A DNA stretch of 64,000 nucleotides, from the NCBI GenBank assembly GCA_937859895.1, contig CALMAV010000178.1, positions 678-64,677 of the forward strand. The letters are read 5' to 3'. Made by a program: the position numbers and the translations under genes. The stretch comes from an uncultured Bryobacterales bacterium (GTDB lineage: Bacteria; Acidobacteriota; Terriglobia; Bryobacterales; Bryobacteraceae). Below the pieces are notes generated by a model that saw nothing but the letters and a program-made list of their open reading frames with translations, made no database searches and was not told the DNA's origin. Positions 28,322 through 38,059 of this stretch are shown here, piece after piece (position 1 is the stretch's first letter; each line of letters starts with the position of its first letter).

Positions 28322-28680
28322 GACAGGGTGCGTTTTGGTGTCGGCACTGCGCTAACACTCGTCTCTGCGCCCTTGGCTTATGCCGCTCTTGTTACGATCG
28401 AAAGCGCCATTCTCGTCTTCGGTTTGGCGGCTATCGCGAGCAGGTCTTGTCGCGGGACCGTTGGTGCCGCCTCTGTCAGACCGACCGGCGATTAGCCGTT
28501 CACCATAGACGCCCTGGTCTCAATCGGGCTGCTTGGCAGATCACTGTTTGCCTGGGCTGTCATGCCCAGCTTCATCGCCGGCTTCGCTTGCCTCCCCAGC
28601 CCTCCCACCTCTTCCTTCTCTTGTGGCAGGAACAGCATCCTGGGTGGCCCGTTCAGTTGACTCTGCCCCTCGCGGCATGA
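28318..28680 (+). CDS. HNH-endonuclease-like zinc-finger protein (120 aa)
   Basis: CRHC...CRSC, then CRLCQTDRRLAVHHRRPG...VCLGCHAQLH (C-x2-C ... HH ... C-x2-C-H-x3-H pattern of HNH nucleases). ATGA overlaps on both sides. Confidence 0.6.
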   Translation: MRQGAFWCRHCANTRLCALGLCRSCYDRKRHSRLRFGGYREQVLSRDRWCRLCQTDRRLAVHHRRPGLNRAAWQITVCLGCHAQLHRRLRLPPQPSHLFLLLWQEQHPGWPVQLTLPLAA

Positions 28681-29627
28681 AGCGGACTTCTCGAACTCCT
28701 CTATTTACACCCCAAGCGGCTCAGAGGCTGCTTCGATCGGTTCTGGCTACCCTCGCCTCGCCTAAAACCGCTGCAGCCTATCGCACTGCCATTCTGGACT
28801 GGCTGGAATGGTATGAATCGTCCTCTCCCTCGCTGACCAAGTTTTCGGTCGGAGCTTGGCGCGATACGTTAGTCCAGCGCGGGTTAGCACCTTCTTCGGT
28901 CAATCAACGTTTAAGTGCCGTGCGACTCTTCTTTTGGCATGCCGGCGAACGCGGCCTGCTGCCAAAAAGTGAAGTGGCCGATCTAACGGCGGTGCGCAAC
29001 GTGAAGCGGAGCGCCCGTCCTCCAAGTCCTGGGCTGACGGCTGATCAGGCCGGACGGTTGCTCCGTGTTCCGGATCCGCACACTATTCTCGGCAAACGCG
29101 ACCGCGCTCTCTTAGCCCTGATGGTGGGCTGCGGCCTGGCGCGGCAGGAGGTGGTTCACCTGGAAATGCGCAACCTGCGGCGGCGCGAGAAGCGTTGGGT
29201 GTTACTCGACTTGGGCGGCCACGGGCCTAGCCGACGAATCGTTCCTCTTCCTTTCTGGGTGAAACGACTGTTGGACCGGTGGCTGGCGGCAGCCGGAATT
29301 GCCCAGGGACTCTTGTTCCGTCCGCTGCGGAAGAACGGAACGGTCGTACCCGAAGAGAAAGCGTTGAGTAACGATTCGGTCTACTCCCTCGTAAAACGAG
29401 CTGGCGCAGCCATCGGAAAGCCGAAGCTGACGCCCAATGATCTCCGCTGGACCTGCGCCTATCTCTGCAAGCAAGCGGGCGGCGAACTGGAACAAATTCA
29501 GCTCTTGCTGGGGCACGCGAGCGTGCAGACCACCGCCCGCTACCTCCGAACTAAACAGGATGTAGGGCGGGCGGTTAACGATCGGATCAAGATTGGAGTG
29601 AAGCCCGGACCCGATTCCTGCTCGTAA
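28677..29627 (+). CDS. Tyrosine recombinase / integrase (316 aa)
   Basis: The start is set at MKRTSRTP (ATGA overlap with the HNH stop). Motifs: KRDRALLALMVGCGLARQEV (Arg-I), RIVPLP (Lys strand), LRWTCAYL, LLGHASVQTTARYL (His/Tyr). Confidence 0.9.
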   Translation: MKRTSRTPLFTPQAAQRLLRSVLATLASPKTAAAYRTAILDWLEWYESSSPSLTKFSVGAWRDTLVQRGLAPSSVNQRLSAVRLFFWHAGERGLLPKSEVADLTAVRNVKRSARPPSPGLTADQAGRLLRVPDPHTILGKRDRALLALMVGCGLARQEVVHLEMRNLRRREKRWVLLDLGGHGPSRRIVPLPFWVKRLLDRWLAAAGIAQGLLFRPLRKNGTVVPEEKALSNDSVYSLVKRAGAAIGKPKLTPNDLRWTCAYLCKQAGGELEQIQLLLGHASVQTTARYLRTKQDVGRAVNDRIKIGVKPGPDSCS

Positions 29628-29901
29628 CTGCTAAGAACCTAGTGAGTCAGTTCAAAAATGATTGTTTTCGCGAACGACCATAGCTTCCTGCTTAATAATC
29701 TACTCTTTGCTGAAACGACGATTCTCCATCCCTCTTCCTTTTTGAATCCTATCGAATTGTGAACCGGGTTCAAGGGTGCATGCACGTCGCCCGACCCAAC
29801 CTCCAGCAATCAGCCTTGAGCAAGATCAAAGGCTATTGAATCGCTTAAAAAGATACTCAGGATTTTTCGTGATATGCCGATAAGGACGATAGAGGTCACA
29901 G

Positions 29902-30528
29902 ATGCGTAAAGCCCGCTACCGCCAAAATAAAAACTCCGTTGCAATTCACTCAAAACTGGCAGATGTAAGTGAACAGCCGTCAAAAGAAAACTCTTCTCCG
30001 TTCAATAACAATTCACACGTTTACAAACTCGAGCTAAACGATCGCGCCTTACTCACCTGCGCGAAACTCCTTCTTGAGAAAGTTATTGTTTGCCGCTTGG
30101 TTGACCCTGCTGAATGTGTAAGTATCGCAAAATTAGTTGATGTTTTTTCTCGGCTCCCGGAAATGACGAAGGAGCACAATATTTCCGTTTCTATCGGAAA
30201 TCCTCTGTCCCACTTTGGAGATGTAGAGGTCTTCCATTATTGGGAACTCGCAGTAAAAGGTACGCGCCTTTCTATCACAGGAGGCGGATACTTTGATCAG
30301 CTGCAAACAGAGAGTGACAGGTTCCTAGTGAAATGGACCGCAAGCCCAAACACCTCGCCAGAGTTTAGAGACTTTCTTTCCACCTTCTCAGAGGTTCCCG
30401 AAATTCGACCATTATTGGATATGGTGATGAAGATAGATTTTGGTTCCCGCTTGTTCCACGTTCACGTTACGGACCCGGACAATTTATTGCTACGAAAGGC
30501 GTACCAAATTTGGGCGCCACCTATTTAA
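29902..30528 (+). CDS. Hypothetical protein (208 aa) in an AT-richer patch
   Basis: Clean ORF. Its composition is visibly lower in GC than the flanks. No motif recognised. Confidence 0.5.
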   Translation: MRKARYRQNKNSVAIHSKLADVSEQPSKENSSPFNNNSHVYKLELNDRALLTCAKLLLEKVIVCRLVDPAECVSIAKLVDVFSRLPEMTKEHNISVSIGNPLSHFGDVEVFHYWELAVKGTRLSITGGGYFDQLQTESDRFLVKWTASPNTSPEFRDFLSTFSEVPEIRPLLDMVMKIDFGSRLFHVHVTDPDNLLLRKAYQIWAPPI

Positions 30529-30757
30529 GTAACATTGATCTTGTCAAAGAGGTACGACTTTATCAACTTAAATCGGGACTGTGGCTCCTTGGCCCCCAAG
30601 CATACACAGAAGCGTGAACACAGTTAGTTCAGCTGTTAGTTAGGCACGCAAGCAGGAGCGTGAATGTGTAAGAACCTCCAGTAAGCGAAAGCTACTTTCG
30701 GAAAACTCTTAGTCGGGTGCAGCTGTTATTAAACTCCGTCCTGCCGATAAAGCAGGC

Positions 30758-31633
30758 ATGAGATTTCCTAGGGGCGAGATTGCGTTGAATTTGGATCGGG
30801 ATCGTCCACTTTTACGACTTATTTGGCAAGCGGAGATCGCAACATCCAGGCAGCTCTTTGAGCTGCGAAGGCTCGCCGAGAGAAGACTGGAAAGGTCGTA
30901 CGATGCGTTTTCGAATCGGCTGCGACGCTTAGTAGAAAATGATTTTCTATCGAAACAATCCATCTATGCTCCAGCCATAACGAAGGGTTACAAGATCACG
31001 TCAAAAGGGATTTCGCAATTGCGCGATTGGGGTGAGTTGCCACATGACCTTTCTGGAGGAAGTGCTATGACACCCATTCCTGAATGCATTTATCTAAATG
31101 CCATTCGGATTAAGTTCTGGAACCAGCAAGCAGAAAATGGATGGGTCTCGCGGCGAGAACTGGTGAGTCACGATCAATACTTCCAGCTGGCCAATGGCAA
31201 CCCCGAGTTGTCGGCTTGGGTCAATCTTGACGGGAAGTCCGGTTTCGCACGGCTAGGCATCATTTATACAGTGCCGACTAGATCGCTTCCGGATTATCGC
31301 TGCTTACTTGCGAAGTGGGCTTCGGTTAGATCCGTGAATTGGATCATTTGTATTGTCCCGTCAGAACAGGAAGCACTTTGGCTAGCGAAGCAGCTGCACC
31401 CCTGCGCTATTCAAGTGATTTTGACGAGCCGTGATGAGTTCCAGGCCAAGACTCTCGATTGTCGAGCCTACCTGCTCGGTACCGTTCAACCGGTCCCGCT
31501 GAGGAAGCTGATTTTGGAAAATCAACAGCTGCTGCTTGACTTCCCTATTGATGCAAGCCATTGCTCCGGAGAATGCATCCTGAATCCGGGTAACGTGGGC
31601 AGCTTTGGAGAGAACTGGCCAACGGTTTCTTAG
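30758..31633 (+). CDS. Hypothetical winged-helix protein, possibly of the replication-relaxation family (291 aa)
   Basis: The N-terminus LDRDRPLLRLIWQAEIATSRQLFELRRL...FSNRLRRLVENDFLSKQ matches the pattern (RD..iL..l....T..Ql..L ... RL.rL...g.l) that I associate with Replic_Relax wHTH proteins. This assignment is weak. Confidence 0.5.
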   Translation: MRFPRGEIALNLDRDRPLLRLIWQAEIATSRQLFELRRLAERRLERSYDAFSNRLRRLVENDFLSKQSIYAPAITKGYKITSKGISQLRDWGELPHDLSGGSAMTPIPECIYLNAIRIKFWNQQAENGWVSRRELVSHDQYFQLANGNPELSAWVNLDGKSGFARLGIIYTVPTRSLPDYRCLLAKWASVRSVNWIICIVPSEQEALWLAKQLHPCAIQVILTSRDEFQAKTLDCRAYLLGTVQPVPLRKLILENQQLLLDFPIDASHCSGECILNPGNVGSFGENWPTVS

Positions 31634-31670
31634 GTATCTGCTCGGGCGGTGGCTCTGGAGCAACATAGCA

Positions 31671-34600
31671 CTACCCTAACGAGAAAGGATTTATCAGCAC
31701 AGATGATTGGGCTGCAGCTTTTTGACCATGCAGGAGGATGTCGGTCATGACGAGTAAGAACCTAAATCCGGAAGATCCGGTTTCATTGTTCATGATTTTA
31801 CGTTCGGAATCACTGTTCTGAAATTGAGGCTCGATTCCGATCCATTTAGCAGAAGCGCGCTGGCGCGCATTGGGATAGTTCCAGACTTGAATCGGATAGC
31901 GCGGGCTTAAGTGGAGCGCCTCACGCCAGAGTGAGCGCCATCTTGAACGCTGACTTTTATCAAATGACACAAAGCGAGTCTGGTCCCGGCGAATTCCTAA
32001 TTGGTCCAAGAATGCAAGGTATTCCTGGGTATCCTCTGGAGCGTTCGGGTGCTCGAAGATCCGGAAGTTTTCTTCTAACCAGATGGACCGAACATACTCG
32101 CCGATAATTTTCTCCCCCAACTCAGGCTGTTGCTTGAGGAATACCGCAAGCTTGGGTGCCAGCACGTTCATCACGTTCTGATCGGCCTGCAGATGCGACT
32201 TGATTGGACAGCATAACCGCCGCTCGTCCGACAATGGTTGATGGGATAGTCCCCGGTTCGACAACCAAACAATCATTCTGTGACGGGGCCCCCTTCGCCG
32301 ACCCGAACGCAGATCGCGCAACTGACAAGCTCGCGCCAGCATGCCTTCGAGCTCCGCAATCGTAAACTCAAAGTCTGCCTGTAGTTGCCCTACTGGTGTT
32401 CCTGTTGTTTGGTGTAAATACAAAAAGTCCCAGGCTGCTTGTATTCGATCGATAGCGGCCGAAGCGTCTGGTTTGAGCTCTCGTGTGACTGCCCGCATGG
32501 CGGGGGGAGCTAGGCTTGGATATAGTTGCTGCACGAGATAGGCGGGACCGCCCCGCTGGAGCCAGCTGTAGGCTGTACTGGATGAATGGCCGCTGGCCAG
32601 AACTAACTGTCGCTGAGAGGGTGCCAAGGTGGGTGTTCCTGCCAGATAGGCCGGAAGAATCCAGTCAAGACAGTGAATGTAATGCTCCAGGCTGACTTGT
32701 GGACTCGAATGCCCTAGCAGCGCAGCAACGGCAAACCCGTGCTTTCGCGTGACATGCCCATGCTCGTAGAGCTTGGTCCTGAAGTCTCGGGCTGTTTTTA
32801 ACCAATCTGTTGTAGCAGGAAGATAAGAAAAACTTGGCGGAGTTGTAGGAAGGTCTGCCAAAAGCAGGCGCGCCAGGGTCCAGGTGCCGAAACTATGCCG
32901 AAGATGGTGAAAGCGTACACTCTGGTCTCCTGTCACCTCACGCATTGCCTGGTGAATGAGCGGAAAGAGAAGCCGCTCGGAAAGCACGTCCGCCGACAGT
33001 TCTGGGATGGAGAAAACAAAGGGTGGCTCTGACTCAATTCGATTGGCAACTCGCTCCTTCTTCCACTCGCGGAGCATCTCCAACTCCTCTTCGGTGAGTA
33101 AACTATCCAGGGGTAAACTGCGGGTGGCCGCTGGGGTTTTCAGGTCGCGAAACTCGGAGACACGGACCAGCAGGGTACCCGGACCCCGCAAGTGTAAGTC
33201 AGCTAGCTGCAGCATCAACACTTCCATCTGGCGCAATCCGCAACGAAAACCCAGGATCGTAATGAGCTTTGCAGCCCGCCTTAGTTTAGGGTGCACGCGC
33301 AAACGGTCTATCTGGCGCAAGATCTCCTGGAACTCGTCGAGACTAAAAATGTTTGCGTCCACCGGCACTAATCCGCCCCGAGTACCCAGCAGATCGCGAT
33401 CCTGCAGAGCACCCACCGAGTAACGTGTCATCAGAAACTCGTGGAAGCGACGCAAGTGGCGACATACCGCTTTTCGGACTCCAGACGATTGATTTAGGTC
33501 TAGGTTTTCGAATATCAGGGTGTACAACACTTCCAGCTCCGAGATGGTCATCCCTTTCGGATCTTGGCCGTCCAGCAGGCACCCAAAATGAACAGCAACG
33601 GATGAGGCATAAATTCGAGCTGTGCTCAGCTTAGTTGAGTGAATCGTAGTAGCGCCAGTCAGCAAAAATTCAGCGAATTCAATCATCCTTTGTCCTGCTG
33701 AAGAGTAAACAGAGCCTTGAGATTGCAGTTTATTCAGAAGTGTTCTTGCTTCTTCTTTGGTGGGTGCTCGGAGTGCCGCTCGCAGGGCGCGCAACCAGGG
33801 TGGCTCGACATCTGCACCAGCTTCGGACCCTGAACGACGGGAAGAGCTCGGGGGTGCCCTCTCCTGATGAGCCATTTGGGACGACAAAGCAAAAGGGTCG
33901 GTCGAATCTCCGTTGCTGCTTCGGATGCCGGCAAGCCGTTGGGTCACCTGCGGTTTCAGTGAATGAGAGACAATCCGGCGGGCCGCGTACGCGAGCAGAA
34001 CGGGGGGCAACTCTGTCGAGTAGGCGAGGACGGCGGTGGTCATCAATTTGTTTAAGTTTGGTGGGCGGTCTCCCCGAGCAAGGTTGGTCGAAGTGCGCAG
34101 CGCGCCGGCTACTTCTCGCCAGAGGATCCGTTTGATCAGTTTCCGCGACACCACCGGAGACGCTCCATCTTCCCCGCCCGTCTGACCCTGAAGCAATTGA
34201 CGGAAGGCTTGCTCGGGCAAGCGTGCGAGCAATGCAGCTGTGAGAGGATCGGGGAGCCAGCGCCGCTTTTCCATGTCGGCCTGACCGTTTTTGGCAAGCA
34301 AAAGATTGATTTGCAGTTGGCCATCGACTAGCCCTAAAGCATCTGGCGAAGCAGCCAGTGTCTCAACAAGTGCTACGAGGGTACTAGGATGGAGGAGCCC
34401 TCCATACAAGACCGCAGAGAGGACTACGGAAGGAATGTCTGAGTGTTTTTTACGTTGGCTTGCTTCGACCCATTCGTCTAGAAGTTCGCGCCATTTCCGC
34501 ACCCGCCTTTTAGCGCTGACAAAATCCTGATGAAAAAGATTCCGTGGTCGGCGTGGTAAGACCGGAATGCGCGGCACAAACAGCGGGCAGCCGAGCAGTT

Positions 34601-34895
34601 CCGCGGCCCGGGTTAACAACTTTCCGCAGATCCGTAAGGCATGCTGGAACACTCGATTGTGGCGGAGATGCAAGGCCGCTGATCGCTCGAGTTCAGCGAC
34701 TTCCTCGGCCGTCCAAGCCGACCAGACCTCACGACCCGATAGGAGGCGAGCTAAACGAAACCTCTTCCGCCGGAGCCACCGTTTGATGTCGTCTACCTTT
34801 GCCTGCTGCTTCTTAGTCAGGTCACCAAGAGTAAGCTCCCACAGCTGGGAGCTGGTGAGAGGCGTAGCTGGAGTTGGCAGCGAAATATTACTCAT
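31671..34895 (-). CDS. Giant tyrosine-recombinase-domain protein (1074 aa)
   Basis: The catalytic core sits mid-protein: ILGFRCGLRQMEVLML (Arg-I), LKTPAATRSLPL (Lys), VRFHHLRHSFGTW (H-x-x-R), LLGHSSPQVSLEHYIH (His/Tyr). The start is set at MSNISLP, where ATG 34895 overlaps the upstream stop (ATGA). The ORF-track start is 35006. Confidence 0.85.
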   Translation of the reverse strand: MSNISLPTPATPLTSSQLWELTLGDLTKKQQAKVDDIKRWLRRKRFRLARLLSGREVWSAWTAEEVAELERSAALHLRHNRVFQHALRICGKLLTRAAELLGCPLFVPRIPVLPRRPRNLFHQDFVSAKRRVRKWRELLDEWVEASQRKKHSDIPSVVLSAVLYGGLLHPSTLVALVETLAASPDALGLVDGQLQINLLLAKNGQADMEKRRWLPDPLTAALLARLPEQAFRQLLQGQTGGEDGASPVVSRKLIKRILWREVAGALRTSTNLARGDRPPNLNKLMTTAVLAYSTELPPVLLAYAARRIVSHSLKPQVTQRLAGIRSSNGDSTDPFALSSQMAHQERAPPSSSRRSGSEAGADVEPPWLRALRAALRAPTKEEARTLLNKLQSQGSVYSSAGQRMIEFAEFLLTGATTIHSTKLSTARIYASSVAVHFGCLLDGQDPKGMTISELEVLYTLIFENLDLNQSSGVRKAVCRHLRRFHEFLMTRYSVGALQDRDLLGTRGGLVPVDANIFSLDEFQEILRQIDRLRVHPKLRRAAKLITILGFRCGLRQMEVLMLQLADLHLRGPGTLLVRVSEFRDLKTPAATRSLPLDSLLTEEELEMLREWKKERVANRIESEPPFVFSIPELSADVLSERLLFPLIHQAMREVTGDQSVRFHHLRHSFGTWTLARLLLADLPTTPPSFSYLPATTDWLKTARDFRTKLYEHGHVTRKHGFAVAALLGHSSPQVSLEHYIHCLDWILPAYLAGTPTLAPSQRQLVLASGHSSSTAYSWLQRGGPAYLVQQLYPSLAPPAMRAVTRELKPDASAAIDRIQAAWDFLYLHQTTGTPVGQLQADFEFTIAELEGMLARACQLRDLRSGRRRGPRHRMIVWLSNRGLSHQPLSDERRLCCPIKSHLQADQNVMNVLAPKLAVFLKQQPELGEKIIGEYVRSIWLEENFRIFEHPNAPEDTQEYLAFLDQLGIRRDQTRFVSFDKSQRSRWRSLWREALHLSPRYPIQVWNYPNARQRASAKWIGIEPQFQNSDSERKIMNNETGSSGFRFLLVMTDILLHGQKAAAQSSVLINPFSLG

Positions 34896-37546
34896 GCGAG
34901 TCGACTTCGCACAGGACCAAACCCCAGCTCGGCGAGAAGGGGAACCAGGTAGTCCTTCAAACTCTGGCAGCACTCGCGATAGAGAAAACTGGAATACGTA
35001 CCCCACGGCTCTTCGCCTCGGTACCAGTGACCCATCCAGCTATCGATCACTTCGGGTGAACACTGCCGAGCCTGTAGCTCACTCCGTACAAAACGCCGAT
35101 GGACGTTGGCCGGAAACGGCAGGAACTCGTGCATTAGAGGCAAAATTGTACGAGGCCTCACGTCGACCGGTGTGCCATCCGGGCGCAGAAAAAAGCATGA
35201 CCGTTCCACCACGGGGCTGGCCGTTTTCGATCTCAGGGTAGTGCGAATGAACGCCAAGTGATCCTCATAGTGGCGCATCTGCCGGAGGGTTTGAGGAGGG
35301 ATCCAGAGCAGCCTGGTCTTGTACCCGGAGCGGTCTCCTTTATCCAGAATCTTGGTGTAGCCCGAATCGCCATCGACCTCCGACAGGCTCAGATAAGGCG
35401 TGACAATTCCTCGCATTCCGGTTGAATAGTTAAAGAACGCAATCGTGTATAAGGAGTAGTAATTATGGTAGGCTGCCCGGGTCTCTATGTCTGTGCGATC
35501 CACAGGCAAGGTACGAACCTTCTTGCGCAGAGCCTGATTCGCCCGCACTAAAGCTTCTTGGGTGGGACAGCGTCGGCTGCCGACATAACGCATGTCTGGA
35601 GGTGACCGAGCAACGATGGGAGGCGATACAAACTCTTCCGGTACTGGGCACGACAGGAGGCCACGCACAAGGGCGAGGGGTCTTGAGACGGCTTGACAGT
35701 AGGTGTCCCTCAACAACGACAAAGACGGGGTGTTGTAATAAGAGCGGACATGAGCCAGGGAATGGGTACGCGCAGTCAAAACAGACGCAAGTGCAACGTC
35801 TCCGCCTGTGGTAGCAATCACCCGCAAGAAAAGCCAGTTCGCGACTTTGGTTGTGGTCAGGCGACCGGTCGGGTCAAACTCGGATAGCAGTTTCTTCAGC
35901 CGTTCTCGATAGAGAGTCAGAGCCTGGGGAGACCCGCGGAAGACCTTGTTCCGTCGACTTGCTTCTTCTACAGCTTTCGTCCTCCTAGCTGCTCGAGCAG
36001 CTAGGAAGCGGTGAACGAAGTAGCTGCCACCGGTCTCATCCGGAAAGAACACGTAATTCTGAAGGACACGCTCGTCAGCATTCGGAAGATGCTGCTCGCT
36101 GGCGTATCGTACCCGCAAAGCACGCACACGCCAAAGAGGAGCAACCGGTAAAGACACACGGTCAGACGCTTGCGGAAGCAGCGCAAGATCGAACTCCTCT
36201 TCACTCCGCTCGGCCGACAAGATGCGGAGGTCCGATGCACGCTCCAACTCACTGCTGGTCCCCAGCATAGTATGTAGAAGAGCGATCGTCTCGAGGCGAT
36301 TGATCTCCGCTGTATTCCAGTCAGCAGGATTGGGGGGAAGCGTCTCGACATAACGCAAGGACTGTTCCAATAGCTCGGTCAGCTCATCGATGGTGAGCAC
36401 CTGAGGTGCCCACCTAAGTAACTGATTGGCCATGGCAACATGGGCTACCTGCGCCCGCGCGATTCTACTTCGTTCGCCCGGGTGTCGGCGCATTCTATCA
36501 GGATTAAGATTCTCTCTCTCTTCCTCTCCGGCAAATGGATCAACCAGGAAAAGATCCCCGGGGCGCTGATCTTCCCAAGGATGGTCGTCGACACTCAGCA
36601 GTCTTCTCCGGTTGTTCTTGCTGTGCCTTGTTCGACGGATCTCAAATGGCCTTCCCAATTGGTCATGGGGATCGTCCGGATCGCCTGCCAGCGGCCATTC
36701 TTGGACAGTGCCGCCCATACCGACATATCCTTTCAGCCACGGTTTGCCTCCTGTACCGGCGCCATGCGAACGACCCTTTCTCTGGCGGCGCCAGCCAAGT
36801 AGGTCAGCAGCCTTTCCTAGAAACTTGGCAAGGGCAGAATGGCGATTACGGACCTGCTTTGTGCCTTGCGGTTTCTGTTGCAAAATCTGCTCGGCGAATG
36901 CAGTAGGTAACAATTCGACACGATACGAACTAAAAAGCTTTTGCAGAGAAGCATTGCGTTCCTCGCTCAGCTGGCGAACAGCAAGGGCGGCCGAGTAAAT
37001 GGAGTTGGGCGAGCCGTTCCATTCACTGGCGCCTTCATGATTCTCATACGTGTCTCGATGGGAAAATTTTCGCAGTGTCAGGACTTGAGCTACTAGCAGG
37101 TGAGCCTGCAGCAAACGGTAGTTTTGTGCCTGGTGCCGATTTTGATGGCGGTTTAGCAGCACCGCGTACAACGGATATCGTACCGATCCTCGGCCAATTA
37201 CCGTGTTGTCGCCTGGGTCTTTCGGGCGCAGATCAAAAAGTCCGCCGATTGCTGCTCCCAGCTCTTCGCGACTGTCAATCACCCACTGCAGAATGGGTGG
37301 CCATTCCTCTAGGCCCCAGTCCGCCAGAGGTGTATTCCAGACTGTGGCTAGCGTTGACAGAATAGAGGCTAGATTCTCGCAGATCTGCGGAAACGATACT
37401 AACTGGTCATGAGCATTGATCAGCCAGAGCAGACTCCGTAAGTGATCGACAGAGCCGCCTGTTTGTGCAAATCGGCTCTTCAATTCCATGTGAGCTGGAC
37501 TTTTGAGTGGGGACAGTGTCGCCATTGTGCTCTTTCTTACATACAC
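34892..37546 (-). CDS. Giant tyrosine-recombinase-domain protein (884 aa)
   Basis: C-terminal catalytic core: FFNYSTGMRGIV (Arg-I), GYKTRLLWIP (Lys strand), NVHRRFVRSEL (H-x-x-R), WMGHWYRGEEPWGTYSSF (His/Trp plus Tyr). The roughly 600-aa N-terminal region has no recognisable motif. Confidence 0.8.
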   Translation of the reverse strand: MYVRKSTMATLSPLKSPAHMELKSRFAQTGGSVDHLRSLLWLINAHDQLVSFPQICENLASILSTLATVWNTPLADWGLEEWPPILQWVIDSREELGAAIGGLFDLRPKDPGDNTVIGRGSVRYPLYAVLLNRHQNRHQAQNYRLLQAHLLVAQVLTLRKFSHRDTYENHEGASEWNGSPNSIYSAALAVRQLSEERNASLQKLFSSYRVELLPTAFAEQILQQKPQGTKQVRNRHSALAKFLGKAADLLGWRRQRKGRSHGAGTGGKPWLKGYVGMGGTVQEWPLAGDPDDPHDQLGRPFEIRRTRHSKNNRRRLLSVDDHPWEDQRPGDLFLVDPFAGEEERENLNPDRMRRHPGERSRIARAQVAHVAMANQLLRWAPQVLTIDELTELLEQSLRYVETLPPNPADWNTAEINRLETIALLHTMLGTSSELERASDLRILSAERSEEEFDLALLPQASDRVSLPVAPLWRVRALRVRYASEQHLPNADERVLQNYVFFPDETGGSYFVHRFLAARAARRTKAVEEASRRNKVFRGSPQALTLYRERLKKLLSEFDPTGRLTTTKVANWLFLRVIATTGGDVALASVLTARTHSLAHVRSYYNTPSLSLLRDTYCQAVSRPLALVRGLLSCPVPEEFVSPPIVARSPPDMRYVGSRRCPTQEALVRANQALRKKVRTLPVDRTDIETRAAYHNYYSLYTIAFFNYSTGMRGIVTPYLSLSEVDGDSGYTKILDKGDRSGYKTRLLWIPPQTLRQMRHYEDHLAFIRTTLRSKTASPVVERSCFFLRPDGTPVDVRPRTILPLMHEFLPFPANVHRRFVRSELQARQCSPEVIDSWMGHWYRGEEPWGTYSSFLYRECCQSLKDYLVPLLAELGFGPVRSRLA

Positions 37547-38059
37547 AGACGCTTGCCACTACGGAGACTGTTGAAAGGAATTTCCAGTCTTCTACGTTTT
37601 TATTACATGCGCGTGGAAGATTAGTTTTTGGGTTAGGAAACTTCCTACATTTCGTCGAATGCAGCAGTAATACTTTCCCGGTATTGACGGTGGAAACCGG
37701 AGATTGTCAAAGTGACTTACTTTCAGTAATCTCAGCTCCAGGAAACAAGAAGCTTATAAGGTAGCTGGGATTATTCCGCTGCTAGGAGGCTGAGAGCGAA
37801 TACTATTAACGCTACGTAACCTAAGTATTAAGGAAAGCTGGATAACGCTGTGAGGTTCGACAACAAAAAACTTCCCCTCCCTCCTACTTATCGGGTCTAT
37901 GCAATCAGTTTGTAGGTGCCAGGATACGCTGCGGAAATTGCCGCATTTTCGCTAAAGTCACCTCGTTTATAGATTTATTAATAAATATGATGACCAATAC
38001 CGACTAATATCGAGACAACCTTTTTTTGACATGTCTTTGACGTGTTTATGATGATCTAC

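Noticed and set aside
28677-37546. Recombinase-in-trio (RIT) or GInt element, suggested by three tyrosine recombinases within 9 kb
   Set aside because: RIT and GInt recombinases are three adjacent, co-oriented genes of ordinary size. Here one normal-sized integrase is on the + strand in its own HNH operon. The two giant ones are on the - strand, and they are separated from the + strand integrase by two unrelated genes.
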